From contig JACRGE010000034.1 in the NCBI GenBank assembly GCA_016212465.1, positions 1 through 47,134 of the forward strand: a stretch of DNA of 47,134 nucleotides, in the 5' to 3' direction. This document shows positions 1-10,040 of the stretch, piece after piece. Each line of letters begins with the position of its first letter. The first letter of the stretch is position 1. Both the position numbers and the translations under genes were made by a program. This stretch comes from Candidatus Micrarchaeota archaeon (GTDB lineage Archaea; Micrarchaeota; Micrarchaeia; Norongarragalinales; JACRGE01). A model generated the notes under the pieces. That model had not been told where the DNA came from, did not search any database, and saw only the letters and a program-made list of their open reading frames with translations.

Positions 1-1
1 C

Positions 2-244
2 TACAACTCAGAGCAATCCTTTAGTAAAGAGGTAATGCGCTACGATCGAGGTCAAAATGGAGTGAGAATACAAGCAAAATCTCTATACAGTACTGCCATA
101 AATGCTACCCAACGAGTTGTGCTCAAGACCGAGACTTCATTGAACCAAGAGCTGAAGGCATGCTCGCATGGAATACTTCTTTTCCCCAATGTTGAGCAAA
201 CCATATACGCATTGCTCGGGCTCATTTCAAACATCATTCCCTAG
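2..244 (+). CDS. Possible 3' end of a hypothetical protein entering from the left edge
   Basis: Frame of ORF 35..244 is open back to position 2; no recognisable motif. Confidence 0.35.
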   Translation, partial: YNSEQSFSKEVMRYDRGQNGVRIQAKSLYSTAINATQRVVLKTETSLNQELKACSHGILLFPNVEQTIYALLGLISNIIP

Positions 245-415
245 CTGTTTGCGTTTCTTGGTTTAATTAAACCACAGTATCTATAGCACCCCTTCAAAGT
301 TTTGTTGGTGAACCAAGATTCTATTGATAGTTTCATGGAGTAAAAACGCTCAAACCCCAAAAAGAGAATATGAACTGAAATTTACATTAGTTATGTGGAG
401 CGATATAGTGGTGAT

Positions 416-1993
416 ATGGCTGATAGGACTAAAGCAATTGAAGAAGCAGTTTCCTTTATTACGGGCAAGAGAAACCTTGGAGAAAAAGAACTGCTTGAAC
501 TGAAAAAACACCTGAGCTTAAGGTATGGGCTGTCCGAGCTTTTAAGGAACTCCGAGATCTACGAAAAAATTCCCGAAGCAAAGAGAACAAGGAGGCTCAC
601 GCGTCTTTTGAGAATTAGGCCAGTTCGTTCCTTCAGCGGCGTCTCTGTGGTTGCAGTCATGACCCCCCCATCTAAATGCCCTGGCAGCTGCATATACTGC
701 CCTGGCGGAAGCGATTCTCCCAAGAGCTACACTGGCTTCGAGCCAGCTGCTCGCCGCGCCAAACAAAACGAATTCGACCCATTTAAGCAGGTGAGCGCGA
801 GGCTTAGGCAACTGGAGAGCATCGGTCACTCGCCTGAAAAATGCGAGCTTATCGTAATGGGTGGAACATTTAACGCCCTTCCGAGGCATTTTCAACAGGA
901 TTTTGTAAAGCACGCTCTTGACGCATTCAATGGAATAGAGAGCAGGAATCTTGAGCAATCAAAGAAATTGAATGAATGCGCGGCGCATAGGGTGGTCGGG
1001 ATTTGTTTTGAAACCAGGCCGGACTTTGCTTCTGAGAAACAGGTTTCTTCCCTCTTGGAGCTTGGTGCGACTAGACTGGAGTTGGGTGTGCAGACATTGA
1101 GCGACGAAGTCTATCAAAGAGTGGGGCGAGGGCATACAAAAAAAGAGGTGATTGAGGCAACTAGGGTCTGCAAGGACGCGCTTCTGAAAGTCGGCTATCA
1201 TTACATGCCTGGCTTGTTCGTGGAAAGGAAGAGAGACGTGCGGATGTTCCGGGAATTGTTTGAAAACCCTGCCTTCAGACCGGACATGCTGAAGATATAC
1301 CCCTGCCTCGTAGTCCCTGGCACGAAGCTTTTCACGATGTGGAAGCGCGGAGAGTATTCGCCCTACGAGGCTGAAGACGCAGCTGAAGTGATTGCTGAGA
1401 TGAAGCGCTTCATCCCTCCATATTGCAGGGTGATGCGGGTGGACAGAGACATTCCGACTGATTTGATTGCAGCAGGGGTGAGGAAAAGCAACCTGCGGCA
1501 GCTCGTCAAACAGAGGATGGAGGAGAAAGGAACCAAGTGCAGGTGCATCCGATGCAGGGAGATCGGGTTGAGGACGCTGAAGGAAAACCTTAAAATAGAC
1601 TGGAATGCGTTGGAGTTAAAGAGAAGGGATTACGAAGCGAGTGGAGGGAAAGAGGTTTTTTTGAGCTTTGAAGACGAGGAAAATGATGCGCTGATCGGGT
1701 TCCTTCGCCTCAGAAAGCCCTCGGAAAAAATTTTTAGGAAAGAGATTACAGAAAACAGTTTGGGCATACGCGAATTGCATGTCTACGGCGAGCAGGTCGG
1801 AATAGGAAAAAAGGAAATAACGGCAGCACAGCATAAGAGCTTTGGAAAAAAACTTGTGGAGGAGGCGGAGCGCATCTCTCGCGGGGAGTTCGGTGCGGAA
1901 AAACTCTTGGTGATAAGCGGCGTCGGAGTAAAACCTTATTACAGGAAGCTTGGCTTTAGAGACGACGGAGTATACCTATCGAAAAAACTTTGA
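416..1993 (+). CDS. elp3: tRNA U34 carboxymethyltransferase Elp3 (radical SAM + KAT domain)
   Basis: CPGSCIYCPGG radical SAM motif, SYTGFEP, MGGTF, ETRPD, RELHVYG and QHKSFGK..ISGVGVKPYYRKLG KAT motifs; ATG 416 follows GGTGAT SD. Confidence 0.96.
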   Translation: MADRTKAIEEAVSFITGKRNLGEKELLELKKHLSLRYGLSELLRNSEIYEKIPEAKRTRRLTRLLRIRPVRSFSGVSVVAVMTPPSKCPGSCIYCPGGSDSPKSYTGFEPAARRAKQNEFDPFKQVSARLRQLESIGHSPEKCELIVMGGTFNALPRHFQQDFVKHALDAFNGIESRNLEQSKKLNECAAHRVVGICFETRPDFASEKQVSSLLELGATRLELGVQTLSDEVYQRVGRGHTKKEVIEATRVCKDALLKVGYHYMPGLFVERKRDVRMFRELFENPAFRPDMLKIYPCLVVPGTKLFTMWKRGEYSPYEAEDAAEVIAEMKRFIPPYCRVMRVDRDIPTDLIAAGVRKSNLRQLVKQRMEEKGTKCRCIRCREIGLRTLKENLKIDWNALELKRRDYEASGGKEVFLSFEDEENDALIGFLRLRKPSEKIFRKEITENSLGIRELHVYGEQVGIGKKEITAAQHKSFGKKLVEEAERISRGEFGAEKLLVISGVGVKPYYRKLGFRDDGVYLSKKL

Positions 1994-2032
1994 AAAAACA
2001 GAACGCATGCTTCAAATTAGATATAAAGATCA

Positions 2033-2097
2033 TGGTACAGAACCGAAGCAACCCCAAGGAGGTGGAGACAATTCGAAAGTGCCTCTCTTCTGTACCA
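2033..2097 (+). ncRNA. Candidate structured RNA motif, copy 1
   Basis: Perfect 10-bp stem TGGTACAGAA (2033-2042)/TTCTGTACCA (2088-2097) encloses GCAACCCCAAGGAGGT (2048-2063), which recurs at 23071-23086 on the minus strand. Confidence 0.6.
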
Positions 2098-2234
2098 CTC
2101 ACAGTTGAGAAGACGATAACCCCATTATTATGCTGGAGCCTATGCTTTTATTTCTTATCCGATAAAAACCGAAAAATTTTCAAAATTTTATGCTTTTTAT
2201 ATTCTCTTTCCGTAATATTTACGGAGGGGGTACT

Positions 2235-2696
2235 GTGGAAGAAGTTGAAATGAAGCTGTTGTCAGAGCTCCAGGCAAACTGCAAGCAGAGCCTTCGTGAC
2301 CTTTCGCATAAACTTGGAATTCCGATGAGCACGATACACGATAAAATACGGAAGTTTGAGAAGAATGGAATTATAAAAAAGTTTTCAGCTATCATTGACG
2401 GAAGCAAACTCGGGTTTCCAATAACAGCTTTCGTTCTTGTTTCAGTCAGGCCGACTTCGAAGAAGCTGAAGGTTTCACAGCAAGAGTTGACGAAGGCCAT
2501 CTCCAAATACCCTCAAGTCCAAGAAGTCTACATCATTACTGGAGAATGGGATATCCTGGTAAAGATGAAGGGAAAAGACCTCGCAGAGATAGGGGACCTC
2601 GTGGTTTCAAAGATCCGGGAAATGCACGGAGTTGACAAGACCTTCACCATAAACATCTTCGAAACCGCCAAGGAAACTTCCGATGTCGCTGTTTAA
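2235..2696 (+). CDS. Lrp/AsnC family transcriptional regulator
   Basis: N-terminal HTH (SLRDLSHKLGIPMSTIHDKIRKFEKNGII) and RAM domain (VYIITGEWDIL); GTG 2235 after GGAGGGG. Confidence 0.93.
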   Translation: MEEVEMKLLSELQANCKQSLRDLSHKLGIPMSTIHDKIRKFEKNGIIKKFSAIIDGSKLGFPITAFVLVSVRPTSKKLKVSQQELTKAISKYPQVQEVYIITGEWDILVKMKGKDLAEIGDLVVSKIREMHGVDKTFTINIFETAKETSDVAV

Positions 2697-2759
2697 AATA
2701 CTATTCCTTCAAAAAAATAATATTTATTCAGCAGATGCGTAGTGTGTGGTGGTGGTTTC

Positions 2760-4097
2760 TTGGCTTATTCTAAAGAAATAGACGGAATCCTGAAAGCGAA
2801 AAGGATTTCAGTAGGCGATGGAGCGCGCATAACTACATCGGGAGTAGTATACGAGGGGCTCCTGATGCCAAGGATTGAAGTGGGAGACGACAACGTGCTC
2901 ATTCTGAAACTCCAGTCAGGTTACAACATCGGTCTCGAGTATTCCTCCTCAATGCAAATCGAGAAAATGGAAGCCAATGCTTTTTCAGAAAAACCGACGC
3001 CTCGATACTCCTTAAAGAAAAGCAGCCTACCGAAAATTTCCTTGATTGCAACAGGTGGCACCATTGCCTCAAAGATAGACTACCGCCTCGGTGGCGTAAA
3101 GAGCCTGCTCGAGCCCCAAGAGATATGCCAGGCGATGCCTGAGCTCGTGAATGTAATAAGCTTTAAATCACTTCTTTCGCCGTTCAAGATATTCAGCGAA
3201 AACATGTCCCCCGTAGAGTGGCAGAAGATAGCCGCCCTTGCTGCAAAGGAGCTTAATTCAGACATAAAAGGGCTGGTTATAACCCACGGCACGGACACGC
3301 TTCACTTCACTTCAGCTGCACTTTCGTTCATGCTCAAAAACCTTTGCAAACCCGTTGCACTAGTCGGAGCTCAGCGCTCTCCGGACCGAGGCAGTTTCGA
3401 CGGCGCAATGAACATGGCTTGCGCTGCTCACTACCTGCTCTCGGATGCAGCTGAAGTCGCGATCGTGATGCATGCCACGTCCAGCGACGACTATTGCTAC
3501 GCAATTAGGGGGACTAAGGTGCGGAAGATGCACACTTCAAGAAGAGATGCTTTCCGGCCCGTAAACGACCTTCCGCTTGCGAAGATATATTCCAACGGAA
3601 GAACGGAGTTCTTGAAAAAAAATTACCGTAAAAGGAGTGCGGGCAAGGTGGTTGCGGACACGGCATTTGAGAAAAAAGTTGCATTGTTGAAGGCCTACCC
3701 CGGCTCTGAGCCAGGGCTTGTTGATTTCCTGATCGACAAAAAATACAAGGGGATCGTGGTAGAGGCCACTGCGCTGGGCCAGATTCCGACGTTTACTTTC
3801 GATAAGAAAAACTCTTGGCTACCCCAAATCAAGCGGGCTGTGGAGGAGGGAATCATCGTGGCATTCGCAACCCAGTGCCTCTACGGAAGAACCAATCCCT
3901 TCGTTTACGAGACCGCCAGGGAGATGTACCGCCTGGGAGTAATCTACTGCGAAGACATGCTCCCAGAAGTCGCATATGTCAAACTTGGATGGGTGCTCGG
4001 GCACACGAGAAAAAAGGAAGAGGTAAGAAAACTCATGCTCACAAGCTTGGCAGGCGAAATAAATCCAATGCTTACTGAAGAAGAATTCCTAATCTGA
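2760..4097 (+). CDS. gatD: Glu-tRNA(Gln) amidotransferase subunit D
   Basis: N-terminal KLQSGYNIG, asparaginase motifs TGGTIASKIDY, HGTDT, GAQRSPDRGS; adjacent to gatE; probable TTG start after GGTGGT. Confidence 0.96.
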   Translation: MAYSKEIDGILKAKRISVGDGARITTSGVVYEGLLMPRIEVGDDNVLILKLQSGYNIGLEYSSSMQIEKMEANAFSEKPTPRYSLKKSSLPKISLIATGGTIASKIDYRLGGVKSLLEPQEICQAMPELVNVISFKSLLSPFKIFSENMSPVEWQKIAALAAKELNSDIKGLVITHGTDTLHFTSAALSFMLKNLCKPVALVGAQRSPDRGSFDGAMNMACAAHYLLSDAAEVAIVMHATSSDDYCYAIRGTKVRKMHTSRRDAFRPVNDLPLAKIYSNGRTEFLKKNYRKRSAGKVVADTAFEKKVALLKAYPGSEPGLVDFLIDKKYKGIVVEATALGQIPTFTFDKKNSWLPQIKRAVEEGIIVAFATQCLYGRTNPFVYETAREMYRLGVIYCEDMLPEVAYVKLGWVLGHTRKKEEVRKLMLTSLAGEINPMLTEEEFLI

Positions 4098-4119
4098 TTT
4101 ATTCAATTAAGTGCGTTAT

Positions 4120-5940
4120 ATGAAAGCGAAGATAGGGATAGAGGTCCACCAGAGACTTGCAACTGAGAGGAAGCTCTTCTGTAACTGCAGCAGCACAGTC
4201 TCTAATGAAGTGCCTTGTCTGACTGTGAAAAGGCGAATGAGAGCCGTTGCCGGAGAGCTGGGGGGAGTTGACCCAGCTGCTGCTTTTGAGATGAGCAGGG
4301 GAAGAGAGTTCACTTACCAGCTCTTCAAAAACTCTAGTTGTCTGGTGGAATGCGATGAAGAGCCGCCTCACGAACTGAACAAAGAGGCTCTTGAGACCAC
4401 GCTTGAAGTCGCTCTCCTGCTGAATGCAAAGCGGGTTAATGAGCTCCACGTAATGAGGAAAACAGTTGTAGACGGCTCTGCTGCAAGCGGCTTCCAGAGA
4501 ACGATGTTGGTTGGAACCGACGGAAGCATCAAGACCTCGAGGGGACCTGTTGGGATACTATCCGTCTGCCTTGAGGAAGAAAGTGCAGGCATCGTTGAAG
4601 CCTTTGAAGCAGGCACGGTTTACCGGCTTGACCGGCTCGGAATTCCGTTGATCGAAATCGCGACTTCCTCTAACATCGTCGACGGCGCGCATGCACGCGA
4701 AGTAGCTGAAAAGATCGGCATGTTGCTTCGTTCGACAGGAAAAGTGCAAAGAGGCATTGGAACCATTCGCCAAGACCTCAACATTTCCATCGAAGGAGGT
4801 GCGAGAACTGAGATAAAAGGCGCTCAAGAACTCGAGCTCCTGCCCAAGCTTGTTGACAACGAAATACGTAGGCAGAGCGCCCTCATTGAAATAAAAAACG
4901 AGTTGAAGAAAAGAAACCCAGGGAAGTTCGTATTCGCTCCAGTTGACCTGTCCCATGCATTTTCGAAAACACACTGTGGCATCCTGAAGAAAATCCTGGA
5001 AAGAGGCGGTGCCATAATGGGATTTAGACTGCCTGCGTTCAGCGGCCTCTTGGGAAGAGAATTGATGCCGAACCACAGGTTCGGAACCGAATTGAGTGGT
5101 TATGCGAAGGTGGTCGGGGTAAGCGGGTTGATTCACTCCGACGAAGGCTTGGAGGCATATGGTTTCTCTGAAGCGGAGTTGGCTGAAGTAACCAAGCTGC
5201 TATCCTGTTCTTCAGGCGATGCCTTCATTTTGTGCGGGGGGGAAAGGAAGAGAGTTGCAGCAGCGTTGAAGGCAGTTTTCGAGCGGGCGTTGCAGGCCTT
5301 TGAGGGCGTAGTGAAGGAAACGCGGCGGGCCGAAGGCGAGCTATCTGTTTACCTGCGTCCCCTGCCTGGCTCTCAGAGGATGTACCCTGAGACAGATGTT
5401 ACACCAATCAAAATAGAGCGGAAGGAAGTGGAAGAGATTCGTAAAAAACTGCCTCTTTCTTGCGATGAGAGGAAGAAAAAATACTTTGAGTGGGGCCTCG
5501 GCCAAGTCCTTGCTGAAAAGATGTTGAAGTCACCTGATTTCACCTTGTTCGAAGAAATCGTTGAAAAAACCAGGGCTGAAGGAAAGACTGTTGCAGGCAT
5601 CCTGCTCGAAAGCATGGTTGCCCTGAGGCGGGAAGGCTTTGCAGTGGATTCCATTGAAAAACAGCATTTGATAGAGTTGTTTTCGCTTTACAAAAAGAAT
5701 AGGATTGGAAAAGCAGCCATTGAAGAAGCGTTGAAAGACGTTTCCAGAGGCAAAAGCGTCCAAGAAACCATTAAAGAAAAGAACCTGGAGTTGTTTGACG
5801 ACCCCAAGCTCAAAAAACTCGTTTCCGAATTGCGCTCGCAAGGCATTTCCGATCCAAAGCAGGTATTCAGCGAAATGATGCGGCGCTATAGAATGAACGT
5901 GGATCCGAAGCGCCTTCAGCTTCTGGTGGGCGTGAAATAA
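4120..5940 (+). CDS. gatE: Glu-tRNA(Gln) amidotransferase subunit E
   Basis: KIGIEVHQRL, KLFCNC, MRKTVVDGS..SGFQRT, RLDRLGIPLIEI, RGIGTIRQD, RMYPETD. Confidence 0.97.
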   Translation: MKAKIGIEVHQRLATERKLFCNCSSTVSNEVPCLTVKRRMRAVAGELGGVDPAAAFEMSRGREFTYQLFKNSSCLVECDEEPPHELNKEALETTLEVALLLNAKRVNELHVMRKTVVDGSAASGFQRTMLVGTDGSIKTSRGPVGILSVCLEEESAGIVEAFEAGTVYRLDRLGIPLIEIATSSNIVDGAHAREVAEKIGMLLRSTGKVQRGIGTIRQDLNISIEGGARTEIKGAQELELLPKLVDNEIRRQSALIEIKNELKKRNPGKFVFAPVDLSHAFSKTHCGILKKILERGGAIMGFRLPAFSGLLGRELMPNHRFGTELSGYAKVVGVSGLIHSDEGLEAYGFSEAELAEVTKLLSCSSGDAFILCGGERKRVAAALKAVFERALQAFEGVVKETRRAEGELSVYLRPLPGSQRMYPETDVTPIKIERKEVEEIRKKLPLSCDERKKKYFEWGLGQVLAEKMLKSPDFTLFEEIVEKTRAEGKTVAGILLESMVALRREGFAVDSIEKQHLIELFSLYKKNRIGKAAIEEALKDVSRGKSVQETIKEKNLELFDDPKLKKLVSELRSQGISDPKQVFSEMMRRYRMNVDPKRLQLLVGVK

Positions 5941-6210
5941 ATTAAGCTGTTTAAGCAGGACATACAAAACCGAAGACACCGAGGCATCTAATAAATGAGT
6001 TTTTATAGCGCGTTATCTTTGTTATTTTTTGTTTGAGGTGTGAGCTTACGAGGCAAGCAAACAAAAGATCTCCTGAATATATCCGCCAGTCCACAAAAAA
6101 CTTTGAATTTGGTGAATTTTTAGACAACGCCTGAAAACACAAAGACTTTAAAAGCCGTGCATCCCTAAACATTTAAATAACAAAAAAACAAAAAGAATTT
6201 GGTGGTATTA

Positions 6211-6414
6211 ATGAGAGTAAGCAAGATAGGATTAGCAAGCCTTTTGCTCGGATTGACCTTGGTGCTCGGAACGTGGTGGTTCGGGTTCTACAACGGCGTG
6301 CAAGGCATGTTTACCAAGAGCATCATAAGCGCTGTCGTGGTCACCATCCAAGGCGGGCTGATTCTACTTGGATTGTTCATCCTATTCATAGGATTGCTCA
6401 TGCTCGTAATCTAA
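6211..6414 (+). CDS. Small two-TM membrane protein, unknown function
   Basis: Two hydrophobic segments; GGTGGT SD; TTTAAATA TATA-like box at ~6172; T-rich tract after stop. Confidence 0.75.
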   Translation: MRVSKIGLASLLLGLTLVLGTWWFGFYNGVQGMFTKSIISAVVVTIQGGLILLGLFILFIGLLMLVI

Positions 6415-6511
6415 AAGTGCTTCTTTTTCTTTTCATTCTTCCTTATTTTATTTGTTTTCCAGCGCATGCATAATCCGTTTATTTGCAGTAAGTCTTTTTC
6501 AGGTGCTTTCA

Positions 6512-8254
6512 ATGAGGATAGCTATCGTGGACAGGAAGAAATGCAACACGGGAAAATGCGGCCTTGAGTGCATGAAAATCTGTCCCGGCGTGAAAATGAA
6601 GGAAGAGACCATAAAGGTAGAAGAAGATTTTCCAATCATAAGCGAGGAGCTGTGCAGCGGATGCGGTCTGTGCGTCAAGAAATGTCCATTCAAAGCCATT
6701 CAAGTGACGAATCTCCCCTCGGAATTGGGCAAACCTACCTTCCAGTATGGCTCCAATTCCTTTCGTTTATATGGCTTTCCGCTTCCGAAGAGGAATTCAG
6801 TAGTGGGCATAATCGGCGTGAATGGAATCGGCAAAACTACTGCTTTAGAGCTTCTCAGGGGAGCGCTAAAACCGAATTTTGGGAAAGCATCTGAAGCAGA
6901 CTGGAATGCAGTCAAAAAGGAATTCAAAGGCCTCGAGGTGCTCAACTACCTCAAAATGATTTACGATGGCGGAGTGAAGGTAAGCCACAAAATGCAGAAC
7001 ATCGAATCCCTTTCCAAGCCCGTTAAGGCAAGGGAGCTTCTTGAAGACTGTGACGAGAAAGGAGCCCTGAAAGAGACCGTGAAGGAATTCGGGCTTGTAA
7101 ACTGCATGCAGAAGAAAATGAATGAATTGAGCGGAGGCGAGCTCCAGCTGACCGCCATTGCATGCGCTTTCCTGAAAGATGCAGAGTTGTACTTCTTCGA
7201 CGAGCCAGCCTCTTATCTCGACGTCAGGCAAAGACTTACCTTGGCTAAAAAGATTAAGGGACTCAGTGAAAACGCTTCCGTGATGGCAATAGAGCACGAC
7301 CTTTCTGTGCTGGACTACCTGTGCGACTACGTGCACGTGCTCTACGGAAGACCCGGAGCATTTGGGGTAGTGTCCAGATTGAAGAGCGCCAGGAACGGCA
7401 TTAACGAATATTTAGCGGGCTATTTGAGGGAAGAGAACGTCAGGTTCAGAAACCATTCCATCCGATTTGAGCCAAGCAGGTTATCTGAGTTTGCCACAAA
7501 GAAAAAGTATGAATACGGTCCGATTGAAAAAAATTATCCTGGCTTTAGCATGCTGGCGGAAAAAGGCGACTTGGGCGAAAGCGAGGTCATGGGAATCATT
7601 GGACCGAATGCAACTGGAAAAAGCACATTCGTGAAAATCCTTGCAGGAGTAGAGAAGCCAGACTCTGGCAAGGGACTTGGCCAAAAAAGAATTTCATATA
7701 AACCGCAGTATATAAAATCGTCTTTCCCTGGAACAGTCGGGGAACTGATTGCCTCAACTGATGCGAAAAAGGAATTTCTTAATGAAATCAAGGCAAAGCT
7801 GCTCATAGACGAAATACGCGACAAAAAAGTTTCGAGCCTGAGCGGAGGAGAGCTCCAAGCTCTTTCAATCTGCCTAACGCTTTCCAAAGAAGCGGACCTT
7901 TATCTCCTCGACGAGCCGTCTGCTTTCCTGGACGTGGAGCAGAGGCTAATAGTCGGAGGCCTCGTGAGGAAGATCGTGAAGAAACGTAATAAAAACGCAT
8001 TCGTGGTCGACCATGACCTGCTGTTCATTGACTCAGTGAGCGACAGGCTTATGGTGTTTGAAGGAATGTCTGGGAAAGAAGGGCTTGCGCATGCGCCACT
8101 CATGCTGCGAGACGGAATGAACCTCTTCTTGAAGGAGCAGGGCATAACCTATAGACGGGATCCGGAAACCGGCCGGCCGAGGGCCAACAAACCTGGTTCG
8201 GTGAAGGACAGGGAACAAAAGGAGAAAGGGGACTACTATTATCTCACTGAATAA
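6512..8254 (+). CDS. abcE1: Ribosome recycling ATPase ABCE1/Rli1
   Basis: N-terminal Fe-S domain (MRIAIVDRKKC..C...C..ICP; CSGCGLCVKKCPF), two ABC domains (GVNGIGKTT, GPNATGKST, LSGGELQ twice), C-terminal RPRANKPGS. Confidence 0.97.
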   Translation: MRIAIVDRKKCNTGKCGLECMKICPGVKMKEETIKVEEDFPIISEELCSGCGLCVKKCPFKAIQVTNLPSELGKPTFQYGSNSFRLYGFPLPKRNSVVGIIGVNGIGKTTALELLRGALKPNFGKASEADWNAVKKEFKGLEVLNYLKMIYDGGVKVSHKMQNIESLSKPVKARELLEDCDEKGALKETVKEFGLVNCMQKKMNELSGGELQLTAIACAFLKDAELYFFDEPASYLDVRQRLTLAKKIKGLSENASVMAIEHDLSVLDYLCDYVHVLYGRPGAFGVVSRLKSARNGINEYLAGYLREENVRFRNHSIRFEPSRLSEFATKKKYEYGPIEKNYPGFSMLAEKGDLGESEVMGIIGPNATGKSTFVKILAGVEKPDSGKGLGQKRISYKPQYIKSSFPGTVGELIASTDAKKEFLNEIKAKLLIDEIRDKKVSSLSGGELQALSICLTLSKEADLYLLDEPSAFLDVEQRLIVGGLVRKIVKKRNKNAFVVDHDLLFIDSVSDRLMVFEGMSGKEGLAHAPLMLRDGMNLFLKEQGITYRRDPETGRPRANKPGSVKDREQKEKGDYYYLTE

Positions 8255-8416
8255 AAGAGGGTTGGAACTGTAGGAATCTCCAAGAAAAGAAGGCTCGTGT
8301 GATTGTCTAATACTTCTCTAAATCCCGCGGTTATTCGTTGACCTAAAACAAAAAACAACAAAACCAATGCAACTTAAACTGATTTATTAAACAACTTCCG
8401 GTTCGTGTAAAAAAAT

Positions 8417-9040
8417 TTAAACGACTTCCATTACTTTCAGCACATCGCCGCTCCGGTTGACCGCAGCCAGTTTAGAATATTTTCCGTAGCTCCACTCAAC
8501 AACCCACAGCTCCTGAACAGGAAGATCCGACACCAAGCTTTCTACAAGGGAGCATTCCTTGCAGTCTTTCGTCGCCCTAATCTTCTCTGCACTAAAGAAC
8601 AACACACTGGTTTTTACCCCCCTCGCGTTGCAGAACTGATTTTCTATCTGCTTGCTTTTGCCTGAAGCGATAATCGCCTCTTCTTCATAGAGTATAGGCT
8701 TGCCTGCAGTGCAACCCTTGGTTATGGTTTCAGAGCGAAAGCGCAGCGGCATCAACTCATAATACCTGACAAAAACCTTTGGGCAACACGCGTTCAAGGG
8801 GTCTTCAACAGTGATTTTAATATTTATCTTCCAGGCATCACTGCCGTTTCCCGAGAATCCTATTGGCGGAAGCACAGTCACGGAAGCACCAGGATAAGAA
8901 GATTGAGCGTCTTTTTTAACTAAGGCGATTGCTTCATCCATGCTCATGGTCGTTTGGCGAAACGGGGCAAAGGAATAGATTGCGAGAACTAGGAAGATAA
9001 CAATTATCAGTAATACAGCCGGTCTATCCATGCCCTTCAC
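8417..9040 (-). CDS. Membrane-anchored/secreted Cys-containing hypothetical protein
   Basis: N-terminal hydrophobic anchor then a soluble domain with 6 Cys; co-oriented downstream of the pilus locus. Confidence 0.75.
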   Translation of the reverse strand: MKGMDRPAVLLIIVIFLVLAIYSFAPFRQTTMSMDEAIALVKKDAQSSYPGASVTVLPPIGFSGNGSDAWKINIKITVEDPLNACCPKVFVRYYELMPLRFRSETITKGCTAGKPILYEEEAIIASGKSKQIENQFCNARGVKTSVLFFSAEKIRATKDCKECSLVESLVSDLPVQELWVVEWSYGKYSKLAAVNRSGDVLKVMEVV

Positions 9041-9135
9041 AGAAAAGCTACTCCCTTAAAGCTTAATAATTTTTCTTGATGAAGAGAACATCCCATGATC
9101 CGGCGTCATCTGGTTTTCGACACTCTCTCGAAGGC

Positions 9136-9657
9136 TCATCCACAATTGCTTAAGGTAATATCTTGCGCTGGAAATAATATTTTGAGTTGGGGAACGTTCT
9201 GTTGAAATTGGATGTTTATGTTCTGCTGGGTGAAATCCTTCTTTGCTTTTCCCGAAGGCGAAACAACGTAGACAGAGTATTGGACGTTGAAGCTACTTCC
9301 ACAATCCAGATTACTGAAAGAGGACAGTCCAGAATAGAAAACTGAAAAACCGTCTTCGCTCAGGGTGCGATTGGATTCGTCAAGATACTGTTTTATTTTC
9401 GTATTGATGGCATCTGTCGGATTGTTTGGATTACCTGCTGGACAACAGGCTTCAGCAGCAGCATCAACAACTGCGTCAACCACACTCGAGCTAAGGAAGG
9501 GTATTGCATCTTGAAGCCGGTCAGCGGTCTTCTTGGCTTCCATCTCATGAAGCTCTGCTTGAGTGTAGGCTGAGAAAGAGTATACGGAAGCAACCGCAGC
9601 CATTATAACGAAGGAAACCAAAACAGCTGTGATGATGGAGAGATAACCTTTTTTCAT
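9136..9657 (-). CDS. Pilin-like protein (class III signal peptide)
   Basis: MKKG|YLSIITAVLVSFVIMAAV; ATGA overlap with upstream gene. Confidence 0.75.
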   Translation of the reverse strand: MKKGYLSIITAVLVSFVIMAAVASVYSFSAYTQAELHEMEAKKTADRLQDAIPFLSSSVVDAVVDAAAEACCPAGNPNNPTDAINTKIKQYLDESNRTLSEDGFSVFYSGLSSFSNLDCGSSFNVQYSVYVVSPSGKAKKDFTQQNINIQFQQNVPQLKILFPAQDITLSNCG

Positions 9658-10040
9658 GGCGCCACCCAAGCCTCGTGTTTAGAGGAAGCAATGCTTTCCT
9701 GTTGATTCAAACACGCGTCTGTGCCATACACCAACGTAGTTCTTCCACCGCATATCAAGGAGTATTTGTAGTAGATGCTGTGGACTACCAAAGGACCGGA
9801 AAGCGGAGATGAAGTTGAAACCTGGGAGCCAGTATCATCCTTGAATTGATTACGCAATTGTTCGGTGTCTGTAACGCCACCCTGTGTTATTACGAGATAA
9901 TCCCGCGCAAGTGCCTCGAGCGCGACGTATTTCCCTACTTCTGGGGGTTTGCTTGAAAGGAGCACTGCAACAGAGAACACGGAAAAAAGTATGGCCAAAG
10001 CTAGAAGCGAATCCAGTGTGAGAAGAAATCCTTTCCTCAT
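9654..10040 (-). CDS. Minor pilin-like protein (class III signal peptide)
   Basis: MRKG|FLLTLDSLLALAIL; ATGA overlaps on both sides. Confidence 0.82.
   Translation of the reverse strand: MRKGFLLTLDSLLALAILFSVFSVAVLLSSKPPEVGKYVALEALARDYLVITQGGVTDTEQLRNQFKDDTGSQVSTSSPLSGPLVVHSIYYKYSLICGGRTTLVYGTDACLNQQESIASSKHEAWVAP

Noticed and set aside
2033-2097. Canonical SAM-I riboswitch
   Set aside because: Only a P3-like GCAACC/GGT fragment; no AUC/GAU P1, kink-turn P2 or pseudoknot seen
1990-2253. 87-aa ORF between elp3 and the Lrp gene
   Set aside because: Runs through AT-rich promoter-like sequence, overlaps the Lrp start and has no protein-like features
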